Shown one piece after another: positions 42,640-58,000 of a stretch of 64,000 nucleotides of DNA. A program made the translations under genes and the position numbers. Source of the stretch: Eledone cirrhosa (lineage: Eukaryota); the NCBI GenBank assembly GCA_964016885.1, contig OZ024740.1, forward strand, positions 432,760,001 through 432,824,000, read 5' to 3'. Under the pieces are notes generated by a model. That model saw nothing but the letters and a program-made list of their open reading frames with translations. It made no database searches and was not told the DNA's origin. Position 1 is the stretch's first letter. The number at the start of each line of letters is the position of its first letter.

Positions 42640-45600
42640 AACCACAGAAGCAGTAAGATTGGAGACTTGATATGTGACAGAACCACAGAATCAGTAAGAA
42701 TGGAGACTTGATATGTGACAGAACCACACAATCAGTAAGAATGGAGACTTGATATGTGACAGAACCACACAATCAGTAAGAATGGAGACTTGATATGTGA
42801 CAGAACCACAGAATCAGTAAAAATGGAGACTTGATATGTGACAGAATCACATAAGCAGTAAGAATGGAGACTTGATATGTGACAGAACCACACAATCAGT
42901 AAGAATGGAGACTTAATATGCGACAGAACCACAGAAGCAGTAAGAATGGAGACTTGATATGTAACAGAACCACAGAATCAGTAATAATGGAGACTTGATA
43001 TGTGACAGAACTACAGAAGCAGTAAGAATGGAGACTTGATATGTGACAGAACCACAGAAGCAGTAAGAATGGAGACTTGATATGTGACAGAACCACACAA
43101 TCAGTAAGAATGGAGACTTGATATGTGACAGAACTACAGAAGCAGTAAGAATGGAGACTTGATATGTGACAGAACTACAGAAGCAGTAAGAATGGAGACT
43201 TGATATGTGACAGAACCACAGAAGCAGTAAGATTGGAGACTTGATATGTGACAGAACCACAGAATCAGTAAGAATGGAGACTTGATATGTGACAGAACCA
43301 CACAATCAGTAAGAATGGAGACTTGATATGTGACAGAACCACACAATCAGTAAGAATGGAGACTTGATATGTGACAGAACCACAGAATCAGTAAAAATGG
43401 AGACTTGATATGTGACAGAACCACATAAGCAGTAAGAATGGAGACTTGATATGTGACAGAACCACACAATCAGTAAGAATGGAGACTTAATATGCGACAG
43501 AACCACAGAAGCAGTAAGAATGGAGACTTGATATGTAACAGAACCACAGAATCAGTAATAATGGAGACTTGATATGTGACAGAACCACAGAAGCAGTAAG
43601 AATGGAGAGTTGATATGTGACAGAACCACAGAAGCAGTAAGAATGGAGACTTGATATGTAACAGAACCACAGAAGCAGTAAGAATGGAGAGTTGATATGT
43701 GACAGAACCACAGAAGCAGTAAGAATGGAGACTTGATATGTGACAGAACCACAGAATCAGTAAGAATGGAGACTTGATATGTGACAGAACCACACAATCA
43801 GTAACAATGGAGACTTGATATGTGTGCAGAACTACAGAAGCAGTAAGATTGGAGACTTGATATGTGACAGAACCACAGAATCAGTAATAATGGAGACTTG
43901 ATATGTGACAGAACTACAGAAGCAGTAAGAATGGAGACTTGATATGTGACAGAACCACAGAAGCAGTAAGATTGGAGACTTGATATGTGACAGAACCACA
44001 GAATCAGTAAGAATGGAGACTTGATATGTGACAGAACCACAGAAGCAGTAAGAATGGAGACTTGATATGTGACAGAACTACAGAAGCAGTAAGAATGGAG
44101 ACTTGATATGTGACAGAACTACAGAAGCAGTAAGAATGGAGACTTGATATGTGACAGAACCACAGAAGCAGTAAGATTGGAGACTTGATATGTGACAGAA
44201 CCACAGAATCAGTAAGAATGGAGACTTGATATGTGACAGAACCACACAATCAGTAAGAATGGAGACTTGATATGTGACAGAACCACACAATCAGTAAGAA
44301 TGGAGACTTGATATGTGACAGAACCACAGAATCAGTAAAAATGGAGACTTGATATGTGACAGAACCACATAAGCAGTAAGAATGAAGACTTGATATGTGA
44401 CAGAACCACACAATCAGTAAGAATGGAGACTTAATATGCGACAGAACCACAGAAGCAGTAAGAATGGAGACTTGATATGTAACAGAACCACAGAATCAGT
44501 AATAATGGAGACTTGATATGTGACAGAACCACAGAAGCAGTAAGAATGGAGAGTTGATATGTGACAGAACCACAGAAGCAGTAAGAATGGAGTCTTGATA
44601 TGTAACAGAACCACAGAAGCAGTAAGAATGGAGAGTTGATATGTGACAGAACCACAGAAGCAGTAAGAATGGAGACTTGATATGTGACAGAACCACAGAA
44701 TCAGTAAGAATGGAGACTTGATATGTGACAGAACCACACAATCAGTAACAATGGAGACTTGATATGTGTGCAGAACTACAGAAGCAGTAAGATTGGAGAC
44801 TTGATATGTGACAGAACCACAGAATCAGTAAGAATGGAGACTTGATATGTGACAGAACCACAGAATCAGTAAGAATGGAGACTTGATATGTGACAGAACC
44901 ACAGAAGCAGTAAGAATGGAGACTTGATATGTGACAGAACCACACAATCAGTAAGAATGGAGACTTGATATGTGACAGAACCACAGAAGCAGTAAGAATG
45001 GAGACTTGATATGTGACAGAACTACAGAAGCAGTAAGAATGGAGACTTGATATGTGACAGAACCACACAATCAGTAAGAATGGAGACTTGATATGTGACA
45101 GAACCACAGAAGCAGTAAGAATGGAGACTTGATATGTGACAGAACTACAGAAGCAGTAAGAATGGAGACTTGATATGTGACAGAACCACACAATCAGTAA
45201 GAATGGAGACTTGATATGTGACAGAACCACAGAAGCAGTAAGAATGGAGACTTGATATGTGACAGAACTACAGAAGCAGTAAGAATGGAGACTTGATATG
45301 TGACAGAACCACACAATCAGTAAGAATGGAGACTTGATATGTGACAAAACTACAGAAGCAGTAAGAATGGAGACTTGATATGTGACAGAACCACAGAAGC
45401 AGTAAGATTGGAGACTTGATATGTGACAGAACCACAGAATCAGTAAGAATGGAGACTTGATATGTGACAGAACCACACAATCAGTAAGAATGGAGACTTG
45501 ATATGTGACAGAACCACACAATCAGTAAGAATGGAGACTTGATATGTGACAGAACCACAGAATCAGTAAAAATGGAGACTTGATATGTGACAGAACCACA

Positions 45601-48600
45601 TAAGCAGTAAGAATGGAGACTTGATATGTGACAGAACCACACAATCAGTAAGAATGGAGACTTAATATGCGACAGAACCACAGAAGCAGTAAGAATGGAG
45701 ACTTGATATGTAACAGAACCACAGAATCAGTAATAATGGAGACTTGATATGTGACAGAACCACAGAAGCAGTAAGAATGGAGACTTGATATGTGACAGAA
45801 CCACAGAAGCAGTAAGAATGGAGACTTGATATGTGACAGAACTACAGAAGCAGTAAGAATGGAGACTTGATATGTGACAGAACCACAGAAGCAGTAAGAT
45901 TGGAGACTTGATATGTGACAGAACCACAGAATCAGTAAGAATGGAGACTTGATATGTGACAGAACCACAGAATCAGTAAGAATGGAGACTTGATATGTGA
46001 CAGAACCACAGAAGCAGTAAGAATGGAGACTTGATATGTGACAGAACCACACAATCAGTAAGAATGGAGACTTGATATGTGACAGAACCACAGAAGCAGT
46101 AAGAATGGAGACTTGATATGTGACAGAACTACAGAAGCAGTAAGAATGGAGACTTGATATGTGACAGAACCACACAATCAGTAAGAATGGAGACTTGATA
46201 TGTGACAGAACCACAGAAGCAGTAAGAATGGAGACTTGATATGTGACAGAACTACAGAAGCAGTAAGAATGGAGACTTGATATGTGACAGAACCACACAA
46301 TCAGTAAGAATGGAGACTTGATATGTGACAGAACCACAGAAGCAGTAAGAATGGAGACTTGATATGTGACAGAACTACAGAATCAGTAAGAATGGAGACT
46401 TGATATGTGACAGAACCACACAATCAGTAAGAATGGAGACTTGATATGTGACAGAACTACAGAAGCAGTAAGAATGGAGACTTGATATGTGACAGAACCA
46501 CAGAAGCAGTAAGATTGGAGACTTGATATGTGACAGAACCACAGAATCAGTAAGAATGGAGACTTGATATGTGACAGAACCACACAATCAGTAAGAATGG
46601 AGACTTGATATGTGACAGAACCACACAATCAGTAAGAATGGAGACTTGATATGTGACAGAACCACAGAATCAGTAAAAATGGAGACTTGATATGTGACAG
46701 AACCACATAAGCAGTAAGAATGGAGACTTGATATGTGACAGAACCACACAGTCAGTAAGAATGGAGACTTAATATGCGACAGAACCACAGAAGCAGTAAG
46801 AATGGAGACTTGATATGTAACAGAACCACAGAATCAGTAATAATGGAGACTTGATATGTGACAGAACCACAGAAGCAGTAAGAATGGAGACTTGATATGT
46901 GACAGAACCACAGAAGCAGTAAGAATGGAGACTTGATATGTGACAGAACTACAGAAGCAGTAAGAATGGAGACTTGATATGTGACAGAACCACAGAAGCA
47001 GTAAGATTGGAGACTTGATATGTGACAGAACCACAGAATCAGTAAGAATGGAGACTTGATATGTGACAGAACCACACAATCAGTAAGAATGGAGACTTGA
47101 TATGTGACAGAACCACACAATCAGTAAGAATGGAGACTTGATATGTGACAGAACCACAGAATCAGTAAAAATGGAGACTTGATATGTGACAGAACCACAT
47201 AAGCAGTAAGAATGGAGACTTGATATGTGACAGAACCACACAATCAGTAAGAATGGAGACTTAATATGCGACAGAACCACAGAAGCAGTAAGAATGGAGA
47301 CTTGATATGTAACAGAACCACAGAATCAGTAATAATGGAGACTTGATATGTGACAGAACCACAGAAGCAGTAAGAATGGAGACTTGATATGTGACAGAAC
47401 CACAGAAGCAGTAAGAATGGAGACTTGATATGTGACAGAACCACAGAATCAGTAAGAATGGAGACTTGATATGTGACAGAACTACAGAAGCAGTAAGAAT
47501 GGAGACTTGATATGTGACAGAACCACAGAATCAGTAAGAATGGAGACTTGATATGTGACAGAACCACAGAATCAGTAAGAATGGAGACTTGGTATGTGAC
47601 AGAACCAGATAAGCAGTAAGAATGGAGACTTGATATGTGACAGAACCACAGAAGCAGTAAGAATGGAGACTTGATATGTGACAGAACCACAGAATCAGTA
47701 AAAATGGAGACTTGATATGTGACAGAACCACATAAGCAGTAAGAATGGAGACTTGATATGTGACAGAACCACACAATCAGTAAGAATGGAGACTTAATAT
47801 GCGACAGAACCACAGAAGCAGTAAGAATGGAGACTTGATATGTAACAGAACCACAGAATCAGTAATAATGGAGACTTGATATGTGACAGAACCACAGAAG
47901 CAGTAAGAATGGAGACTTGATATGTGACAGAACCACAGAAGCAGTAAGAATGGAGACTTGATATGTGACAGAACTACAGAAGCAGTAAGAATGGAGACTT
48001 GATATGTGACAGAACCACAGAAGCAGTAAGATTGGAGACTTGATATGTGACAGAACCACAGAATCAGTAAGAATGGAGACTTGATATGTGACAGAACCAC
48101 ACAATCAGTAAGAATGGAGACTTGATATGTGACAGAACCACACAATCAGTAAGAATGGAGACTTGATATGTGACAGAACCACAGAATCAGTAAAAATGGA
48201 GACTTGATATGTGACAGAACCACATAAGCAGTAAGAATGGAGACTTGATATGTGACAGAACCACACAATCAGTAAGAATGGAGACTTAATATGCGACAGA
48301 ACCACAGAAGCAGTAAGAATGGAGACTTGATATGTAACAGAACCACAGAATCAGTAATAATGGAGACTTGATATGTGACAGAACCACAGAAGCAGTAAGA
48401 ATGGAGAGTTGATATGTGACAGAACCACAGAAGCAGTAAGAATGGAGACTTGATATGTAACAGAACCACAGAAGCAGTAAGAATGGAGAGTTGATATGTG
48501 ACAGAACCACAGAAGCAGTAAGAATGGAGACTTGATATGTGACAGAACCACAGAATCAGTAAGAATGGAGACTTGATATGTGACAGAACCACACAATCAG

Positions 48601-51600
48601 TAACAATGGAGACTTGATATGTGTGCAGAACTACAGAAGCAGTAAGATTGGAGACTTGATATGTGACAGAACCACAGAATCAGTAAGAATGGAGACTTGA
48701 TATGTGACAGAACCACAGAATCAGTAAGAATGGAGACTTGATATGTGACAGAACCACAGAAGCAGTAAGAATGGAGACTTGATATGTGACAGAACCACAC
48801 AATCAGTAAGAATGGAGACTTGATATGTGACAGAACCACAGAAGCAGTAAGAATGGAGACTTGATATGTGACAGAACTACAGAAGCAGTAAGAATGGAGA
48901 CTTGATATGTGACAGAACCACACAATCAGTAAGAATGGAGACTTGATATGTGACAGAACCACAGAAGCAGTAAGAATGGAGACTTGATATGTGACAGAAC
49001 TACAGAAGCAGTAAGAATGGAGACTTGATATGTGACAGAACCACACAATCAGTAAGAATGGAGACTTGATATGTGACAGAACTACAGAAGCAGTAAGAAT
49101 GGAGACTTGATATGTGACAGAACTACAGAAGCAGTAAGAATGGAGACTTGATATGTGACAGAACCACAGAAGCAGTAAGATTGGAGACTTGATATGTGAC
49201 AGAACCACAGAATCAGTAAGAATGGAGACTTGATATGTGACAGAACCACACAATCAGTAAGAATGGAGACTTGATATGTGACAGAACCACACAATCAGTA
49301 AGAATGGAGACTTGATATGTGACAGAACCACAGAATCAGTAAAAATGGAGACTTGATATGTGACAGAACCACATAAGCAGTAAGAATGAAGACTTGATAT
49401 GTGACAGAACCACACAATCAGTAAGAATGGAGACTTAATATGCGACAGAACCACAGAAGCAGTAAGAATGGAGACTTGATATGTAACAGAACCACAGAAT
49501 CAGTAATAATGGAGACTTGATATGTGACAGAACCACAGAAGCAGTAAGAATGGAGAGTTGATATGTGACAGAACCACAGAAGCAGTAAGAATGGAGTCTT
49601 GATATGTAACAGAACCACAGAAGCAGTAAGAATGGAGAGTTGATATGTGACAGAACCACAGAAGCAGTAAGAATGGAGACTTGATATGTGACAGAACCAC
49701 AGAATCAGTAAGAATGGAGACTTGATATGTGACAGAACCACACAATCAGTAACAATGGAGACTTGATATGTGTGCAGAACTACAGAAGCAGTAAGATTGG
49801 AGACTTGATATGTGACAGAACCACAGAATCAGTAAGAATGGAGACTTGATATGTGACAGAACCACAGAATCAGTAAGAATGGAGACTTGATATGTGACAG
49901 AACCACAGAAGCAGTAAGAATGGAGACTTGATATGTGACAGAACCACACAATCAGTAAGAATGGAGACTTGATATGTGACAGAACCACAGAAGCAGTAAG
50001 AATGGAGACTTGATATGTGACAGAACTACAGAAGCAGTAAGAATGGAGACTTGATATGTGACAGAACCACACAATCAGTAAGAATGGAGACTTGATATGT
50101 GACAGAACCACAGAAGCAGTAAGAATGGAGACTTGATATGTGACAGAACTACAGAAGCAGTAAGAATGGAGACTTGATATGTGACAGAACCACACAATCA
50201 GTAAGAATGGAGACTTGATATGTGACAGAACCACAGAAGCAGTAAGAATGGAGACTTGATATGTGACAGAACTACAGAAGCAGTAAGAATGGAGACTTGA
50301 TATGTGACAGAACCACACAATCAGTAAGAATGGAGACTTGATATGTGACAAAACTACAGAAGCAGTAAGAATGGAGACTTGATATGTGACAGAACCACAG
50401 AAGCAGTAAGATTGGAGACTTGATATGTGACAGAACCACAGAATCAGTAAGAATGGAGACTTGATATGTGACAGAACCACACAATCAGTAAGAATGGAGA
50501 CTTGATATGTGACAGAACCACACAATCAGTAAGAATGGAGACTTGATATGTGACAGAACCACAGAATCAGTAAAAATGGAGACTTGATATGTGACAGAAC
50601 CACATAAGCAGTAAGAATGGAGACTTGATATGTGACAGAACCACACAATCAGTAAGAATGGAGACTTAATATGCGACAGAACCACAGAAGCAGTAAGAAT
50701 GGAGACTTGATATGTAACAGAACCACAGAATCAGTAATAATGGAGACTTGATATGTGACAGAACCACAGAAGCAGTAAGAATGGAGACTTGATATGTGAC
50801 AGAACCACAGAAGCAGTAAGAATGGAGACTTGATATGTGACAGAACTACAGAAGCAGTAAGAATGGAGACTTGATATGTGACAGAACCACAGAAGCAGTA
50901 AGATTGGAGACTTGATATGTGACAGAACCACAGAATCAGTAAGAATGGAGACTTGATATGTGACAGAACCACAGAATCAGTAAGAATGGAGACTTGATAT
51001 GTGACAGAACCACAGAAGCAGTAAGAATGGAGACTTGATATGTGACAGAACCACACAATCAGTAAGAATGGAGACTTGATATGTGACAGAACCACAGAAG
51101 CAGTAAGAATGGAGACTTGATATGTGACAGAACTACAGAAGCAGTAAGAATGGAGACTTGATATGTGACAGAACCACACAATCAGTAAGAATGGAGACTT
51201 GATATGTGACAGAACCACAGAAGCAGTAAGAATGGAGACTTGATATGTGACAGAACTACAGAAGCAGTAAGAATGGAGACTTGATATGTGACAGAACCAC
51301 ACAATCAGTAAGAATGGAGACTTGATATGTGACAGAACCACAGAAGCAGTAAGAATGGAGACTTGATATGTGACAGAACTACAGAATCAGTAAGAATGGA
51401 GACTTGATATGTGACAGAACCACACAATCAGTAAGAATGGAGACTTGATATGTGACAGAACTACAGAAGCAGTAAGAATGGAGACTTGATATGTGACAGA
51501 ACCACAGAAGCAGTAAGATTGGAGACTTGATATGTGACAGAACCACAGAATCAGTAAGAATGGAGACTTGATATGTGACAGAACCACACAATCAGTAAGA

Positions 51601-54600
51601 ATGGAGACTTGATATGTGACAGAACCACACAATCAGTAAGAATGGAGACTTGATATGTGACAGAACCACAGAATCAGTAAAAATGGAGACTTGATATGTG
51701 ACAGAACCACATAAGCAGTAAGAATGGAGACTTGATATGTGACAGAACCACACAGTCAGTAAGAATGGAGACTTAATATGCGACAGAACCACAGAAGCAG
51801 TAAGAATGGAGACTTGATATGTAACAGAACCACAGAATCAGTAATAATGGAGACTTGATATGTGACAGAACCACAGAAGCAGTAAGAATGGAGACTTGAT
51901 ATGTGACAGAACCACAGAAGCAGTAAGAATGGAGACTTGATATGTGACAGAACTACAGAAGCAGTAAGAATGGAGACTTGATATGTGACAGAACCACAGA
52001 AGCAGTAAGATTGGAGACTTGATATGTGACAGAACCACAGAATCAGTAAGAATGGAGACTTGATATGTGACAGAACCACACAATCAGTAAGAATGGAGAC
52101 TTGATATGTGACAGAACCACACAATCAGTAAGAATGGAGACTTGATATGTGACAGAACCACAGAATCAGTAAAAATGGAGACTTGATATGTGACAGAACC
52201 ACATAAGCAGTAAGAATGGAGACTTGATATGTGACAGAACCACACAATCAGTAAGAATGGAGACTTAATATGCGACAGAACCACAGAAGCAGTAAGAATG
52301 GAGACTTGATATGTAACAGAACCACAGAATCAGTAATAATGGAGACTTGATATGTGACAGAACCACAGAAGCAGTAAGAATGGAGACTTGATATGTGACA
52401 GAACCACAGAAGCAGTAAGAATGGAGACTTGATATGTGACAGAACCACAGAATCAGTAAGAATGGAGACTTGATATGTGACAGAACTACAGAAGCAGTAA
52501 GAATGGAGACTTGATATGTGACAGAACCACAGAATCAGTAAGAATGGAGACTTGATATGTGACAGAACCACAGAATCAGTAAGAATGGAGACTTGGTATG
52601 TGACAGAACCAGATAAGCAGTAAGAATGGAGACTTGATATGTGACAGAACCACAGAAGCAGTAAGAATGGAGACTTGATATGTGACAGAACCACAGAATC
52701 AGTAAAAATGGAGACTTGATATGTGACAGAACCACATAAGCAGTAAGAATGGAGACTTGATATGTGACAGAACCACACAATCAGTAAGAATGGAGACTTA
52801 ATATGCGACAGAACCACAGAAGCAGTAAGAATGGAGACTTGATATGTAACAGAACCACAGAATCAGTAATAATGGAGACTTGATATGTGACAGAACCACA
52901 GAAGCAGTAAGAATGGAGACTTGATATGTGACAGAACCACAGAAGCAGTAAGAATGGAGACTTGATATGTGACAGAACTACAGAAGCAGTAAGAATGGAG
53001 ACTTGATATGTGACAGAACCACAGAAGCAGTAAGATTGGAGACTTGATATGTGACAGAACCACAGAATCAGTAAGAATGGAGACTTGATATGTGACAGAA
53101 CCACACAATCAGTAAGAATGGAGACTTGATATGTGACAGAACCACACAATCAGTAAGAATGGAGACTTGATATGTGACAGAACCACAGAATCAGTAAAAA
53201 TGGAGACTTGATATGTGACAGAACCACATAAGCAGTAAGAATGGAGACTTGATATGTGACAGAACCACACAATCAGTAAGAATGGAGACTTAATATGCGA
53301 CAGAACCACAGAAGCAGTAAGAATGGAGACTTGATATGTAACAGAACCACAGAATCAGTAATAATGGAGACTTGATATGTGACAGAACCACAGAAGCAGT
53401 AAGAATGGAGAGTTGATATGTGACAGAACCACAGAAGCAGTAAGAATGGAGACTTGATATGTAACAGAACCACAGAAGCAGTAAGAATGGAGAGTTGATA
53501 TGTGACAGAACCACAGAAGCAGTAAGAATGGAGACTTGATATGTGACAGAACCACAGAATCAGTAAGAATGGAGACTTGATATGTGACAGAACCACACAA
53601 TCAGTAACAATGGAGACTTGATATGTGTGCAGAACTACAGAAGCAGTAAGATTGGAGACTTGATATGTGACAGAACCACAGAATCAGTAAGAATGGAGAC
53701 TTGATATGTGACAGAACCACAGAATCAGTAAGAATGGAGACTTGATATGTGACAGAACCACAGAAGCAGTAAGAATGGAGACTTGATATGTGACAGAACC
53801 ACACAATCAGTAAGAATGGAGACTTGATATGTGACAGAACCACAGAAGCAGTAAGAATGGAGACTTGATATGTGACAGAACTACAGAAGCAGTAAGAATG
53901 GAGACTTGATATGTGACAGAACCACACAATCAGTAAGAATGGAGACTTGATATGTGACAGAACCACAGAAGCAGTAAGAATGGAGACTTGATATGTGACA
54001 GAACTACAGAAGCAGTAAGAATGGAGACTTGATATGTGACAGAACCACACAATCAGTAAGAATGGAGACTTGATATGTGACAGAACCACAGAAGCAGTAA
54101 GAATGGAGACTTGATATGTGACAGAACTACAGAAGCAGTAAGAATGGAGACTTGATATGTGACAGAACCACACAATCAGTAAGAATGGAGACTTGATATG
54201 TGACAGAACTACAGAAGCAGTAAGAATGGAGACTTGATATGTGACAGAACCACAGAAGCAGTAAGATTGGAGACTTGATATGTGACAGAACCACAGAATC
54301 AGTAAGAATGGAGACTTGATATGTGACAGAACCACACAATCAGTAAGAATGGAGACTTGATATGTGACAGAACCACACAATCAGTAAGAATGGAGACTTG
54401 ATATGTGACAGAACCACAGAATCAGTAAAAATGGAGACTTGATATGTGACAGAACCACATAAGCAGTAAGAATGGAGACTTGATATGTGACAGAACCACA
54501 CAATCAGTAAGAATGGAGACTTAATATGCGACAGAACCACAGAAGCAGTAAGAATGGAGACTTGATATGTAACAGAACCACAGAATCAGTAATAATGGAG

Positions 54601-55050
54601 ACTTGATATGTGACAGAACCACAGAAGCAGTAAGAATGGAGACTTGATATGTGACAGAACCACAGAAGCAGTAAGAATGGAGACTTGATATGTGACAGAA
54701 CTACAGAAGCAGTAAGAATGGAGACTTGATATGTGACAGAACCACAGAAGCAGTAAGTTTGGAGACTTGATATGTGACAGAACCACAGAATCAGTAAGAA
54801 TGGAGACTTGATATGTGACAGAACCACACAATCAGTAAGAATGGAGACTTGATATGTGACAGAACCACACAATCAGTAAGAATGGAGACTTGATATGTGA
54901 CAGAACCACAGAATCAGTAAAAATGGAGACTTGATATGTGACAGAACCACATAAGCAGTAAGAATGGAGACTTGATATGTGACAGAACCACACAATCAGT
55001 AAGAATGGAGACTTAATATGCGACAGAACCACAGAAGCAGTAAGAATGGA
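42640..55050. repeat. Sub-domain C: contains all the 42-bp monomers and a 5,004-bp tandem duplication (122 monomers + 2 bp)
   Basis: Private markers recur at +5004: AATGAAGAC ~44381/~49385, GGAGTCTTG ~44590/~49594, GACAAAACTA ~45343/~50347, CACAGTCAG ~46747/~51751. ORF pairs 44742/49746 and 48597/53601 show the same offset. Confidence 0.9.
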
Positions 55051-58000
55051 GACTTGATATGTAACAGAACCACAGAATCAGTAATAATGGAGACTTGATA
55101 TGTGACAGAACCACAGAAGCAGTAAGAATGGAGACTTGATATGTGACAGAACCACAGAAGCAGTAAGAATGGAGACTTGATATGTGACAGAACCACAGAA
55201 TCAGTAAAAATGGAGACTTGATATGTGACAGAACTACAGAAGCAGTAAGAATGGAGACTTGATATGTGACAGAACCACAGAATCAGTAAGAATGGAGACT
55301 TGATATGTGACAGAACCACAGAATCAGTAAGAATGGAGACTTGGTATGTGACAGAACCAGATAAGCAGTAAGAATGGAGACTTGATATGTGACAGAACCA
55401 CAGAAGCAGTAAGAATGGAGACTTGATATGTGACAGAACCACAGAAGCAGTAAGAATGGAGACTTGGTATGTGACAGAACCACATAAGCAGTAAGAATGG
55501 AGACTTGATATGTGACAGAACCACAGAAGCAGTAAGAATGGAGACTTGATATGTGACAGAACCACACAATCAGTAAGAATGGAGACTTGATATGTGACAG
55601 AACCACAGAAGCAGTAAGAATGGAGACTTGGTATGTGACAGAACCACAGAAGCAGTAAGAATGGAGACTTGGTATGTGACAGAACCACAGAAGCAGTAAG
55701 AATGGAGACTTGATATGTGACAGAACCACAGAATCAGTAAAAATGGAGACTTGATATGTGACAGAACCACATAAGCAGTAAGAATGGAGACTTGATATGT
55801 CACAGAACCACACAATCAGTAAGAATGGAGACTTAATATGCGACAGAACCACAGAAGCAGGAAGAATGGAGACTTGATATGTGACAGAACCACAGAAGCA
55901 GTAAGTATGGAGACTTGATATGTGACAGAACGACAGAAGCAGTAAGAATGGAGACTTGATATGTGACAGAACCACAGAATCAGTAAGAATGGAGACTTGA
56001 TATGTAACAGAACCACAGAAGCAGTAAGAATGGAGACTTGTTATGTGACAGAACCACAGAAGCAGTAAGAATGGAGACTTGATATGTAACAGAACCACAC
56101 AATCAGTAAGAATGGAGACTTGATATGTGACAGAACCACACAAGCAGTAAGAATGGAGACTTGATATGTGACAGAACCACAGAATCAGTAAGAATGGAGA
56201 CTTGATATGTAACAGAACCACAGAAGCAGTAAGAATGGAGACTTGATATGTGACAGAACCACAGAATCAGTAAGAATGGAGACTTGATATGTGACAGAAC
56301 CACAAAAGCAGTAAGAATGGAGACTTGATATGTAACAGAACCACAGAATCAGTAAGAATGGAGACTTGATATGTGACAGAACCACAGAATCAGTAAGAAT
56401 GGAGACTTGATATGTGACAGAACCACAGAAGCAGTAAGAATGGAGACTTGATATGTGACAGAACCACAGAATCAGTAAGAATGGAGACTTGATATGTGAC
56501 AGAACTACAGAAGCAGTAAGAATGGAGACTTGATATGTGACAGAACCACAGAATCAGTAAGAATGGAGACTTGATATGTGACAGAACCACAGAATCAGTA
56601 AGAATGGAGACTTGGTATGTGACAGAACCAGATAAGCAGTAAGAATGGAGACTTGATATGTGACAGAACCACAGAAGCAGTAAGAATGGAGACTTGGTAT
56701 GTGACAGAACCACAGAAGCAGTAAGAATGGAGACTTGATATGTGACAGAACCACATAAGCAGTAAGAATGGAGACTTGATATGTGACAGAACCACACAAT
56801 CAGTAAGTATGGAGACTTAATATACGACAGAACCACAGAAGCAGTAAGAATGGAGACTTGATATGTGACAGAACCACAGAAGCAGTAAGAATGGAGACTT
56901 GATATGTGACAGAACGACAGAAGCAGTAAGAATGGAGACTTGATACGTGACAGAACCACAGAATCAGTAAGAATGGAGACTTGATATGTGACAGAACCAC
57001 AGAAGCAGTAAGATTGGAGACTTGATATGTGACAGAACCACAGAATCAGTAAGAATGGAGACTTGATATGTGACAGAACCACACAATCAGTAAGAATGGA
57101 GACTTGATATGTGACAGAACCACACAATCAGTAAGAATGGAGACTTGATATGTGACAGAACCACAGAATCAGTAAAAATGGAGACTTGATATGTGACAGA
57201 ACCACATAAGCAGTAAGAATGGAGACTTGATATGTGACAGAACCACACAATCAGTAAGAATGGAGACTTAATATGCGACAGAACCACAGAAGCAGTAAGA
57301 ATGGAGACTTGATATGTGACAGAACTACAGAAGCAGTAAGAATGGAGACTTGATATGTGACAGAACCACAGAAGCAGTAAGTTTGGAGACTTGATATGTG
57401 ACAGAACCACAGAATCAGTAAGAATGGAGACTTGATATGTGACAGAACCACACAATCAGTAAGAATGGAGACTTGATATGTGACAGAACCACACAATCAG
57501 TAAGAATGGAGACTTGATATGTGACAGAACCACAGAATCAGTAAAAATGGAGACTTGATATGTGACAGAACCACATAAGCAGTAAGAATGGAGACTTGAT
57601 ATGTGACAGAACCACACAATCAGTAAGAATGGAGACTTAATATGCGACAGAACCACAGAAGCAGTAAGAATGGAGACTTGATATGTAACAGAACCACAGA
57701 ATCAGTAATAATGGAGACTTGATATGTGACAGAACCACAGAAGCAGTAAGAATGGAGACTTGATATGTGACAGAACCACAGAAGCAGTAAGAATGGAGAC
57801 TTGATATGTGACAGAACCACAGAATCAGTAAAAATGGAGACTTGATATGTGACAGAACTACAGAAGCAGTAAGAATGGAGACTTGATATGTGACAGAACC
57901 ACAGAATCAGTAAGAATGGAGACTTGATATGTGACAGAACCACAGAATCAGTAAGAATGGAGACTTGGTATGTGACAGAACCAGATAAGCAGTAAGAATG

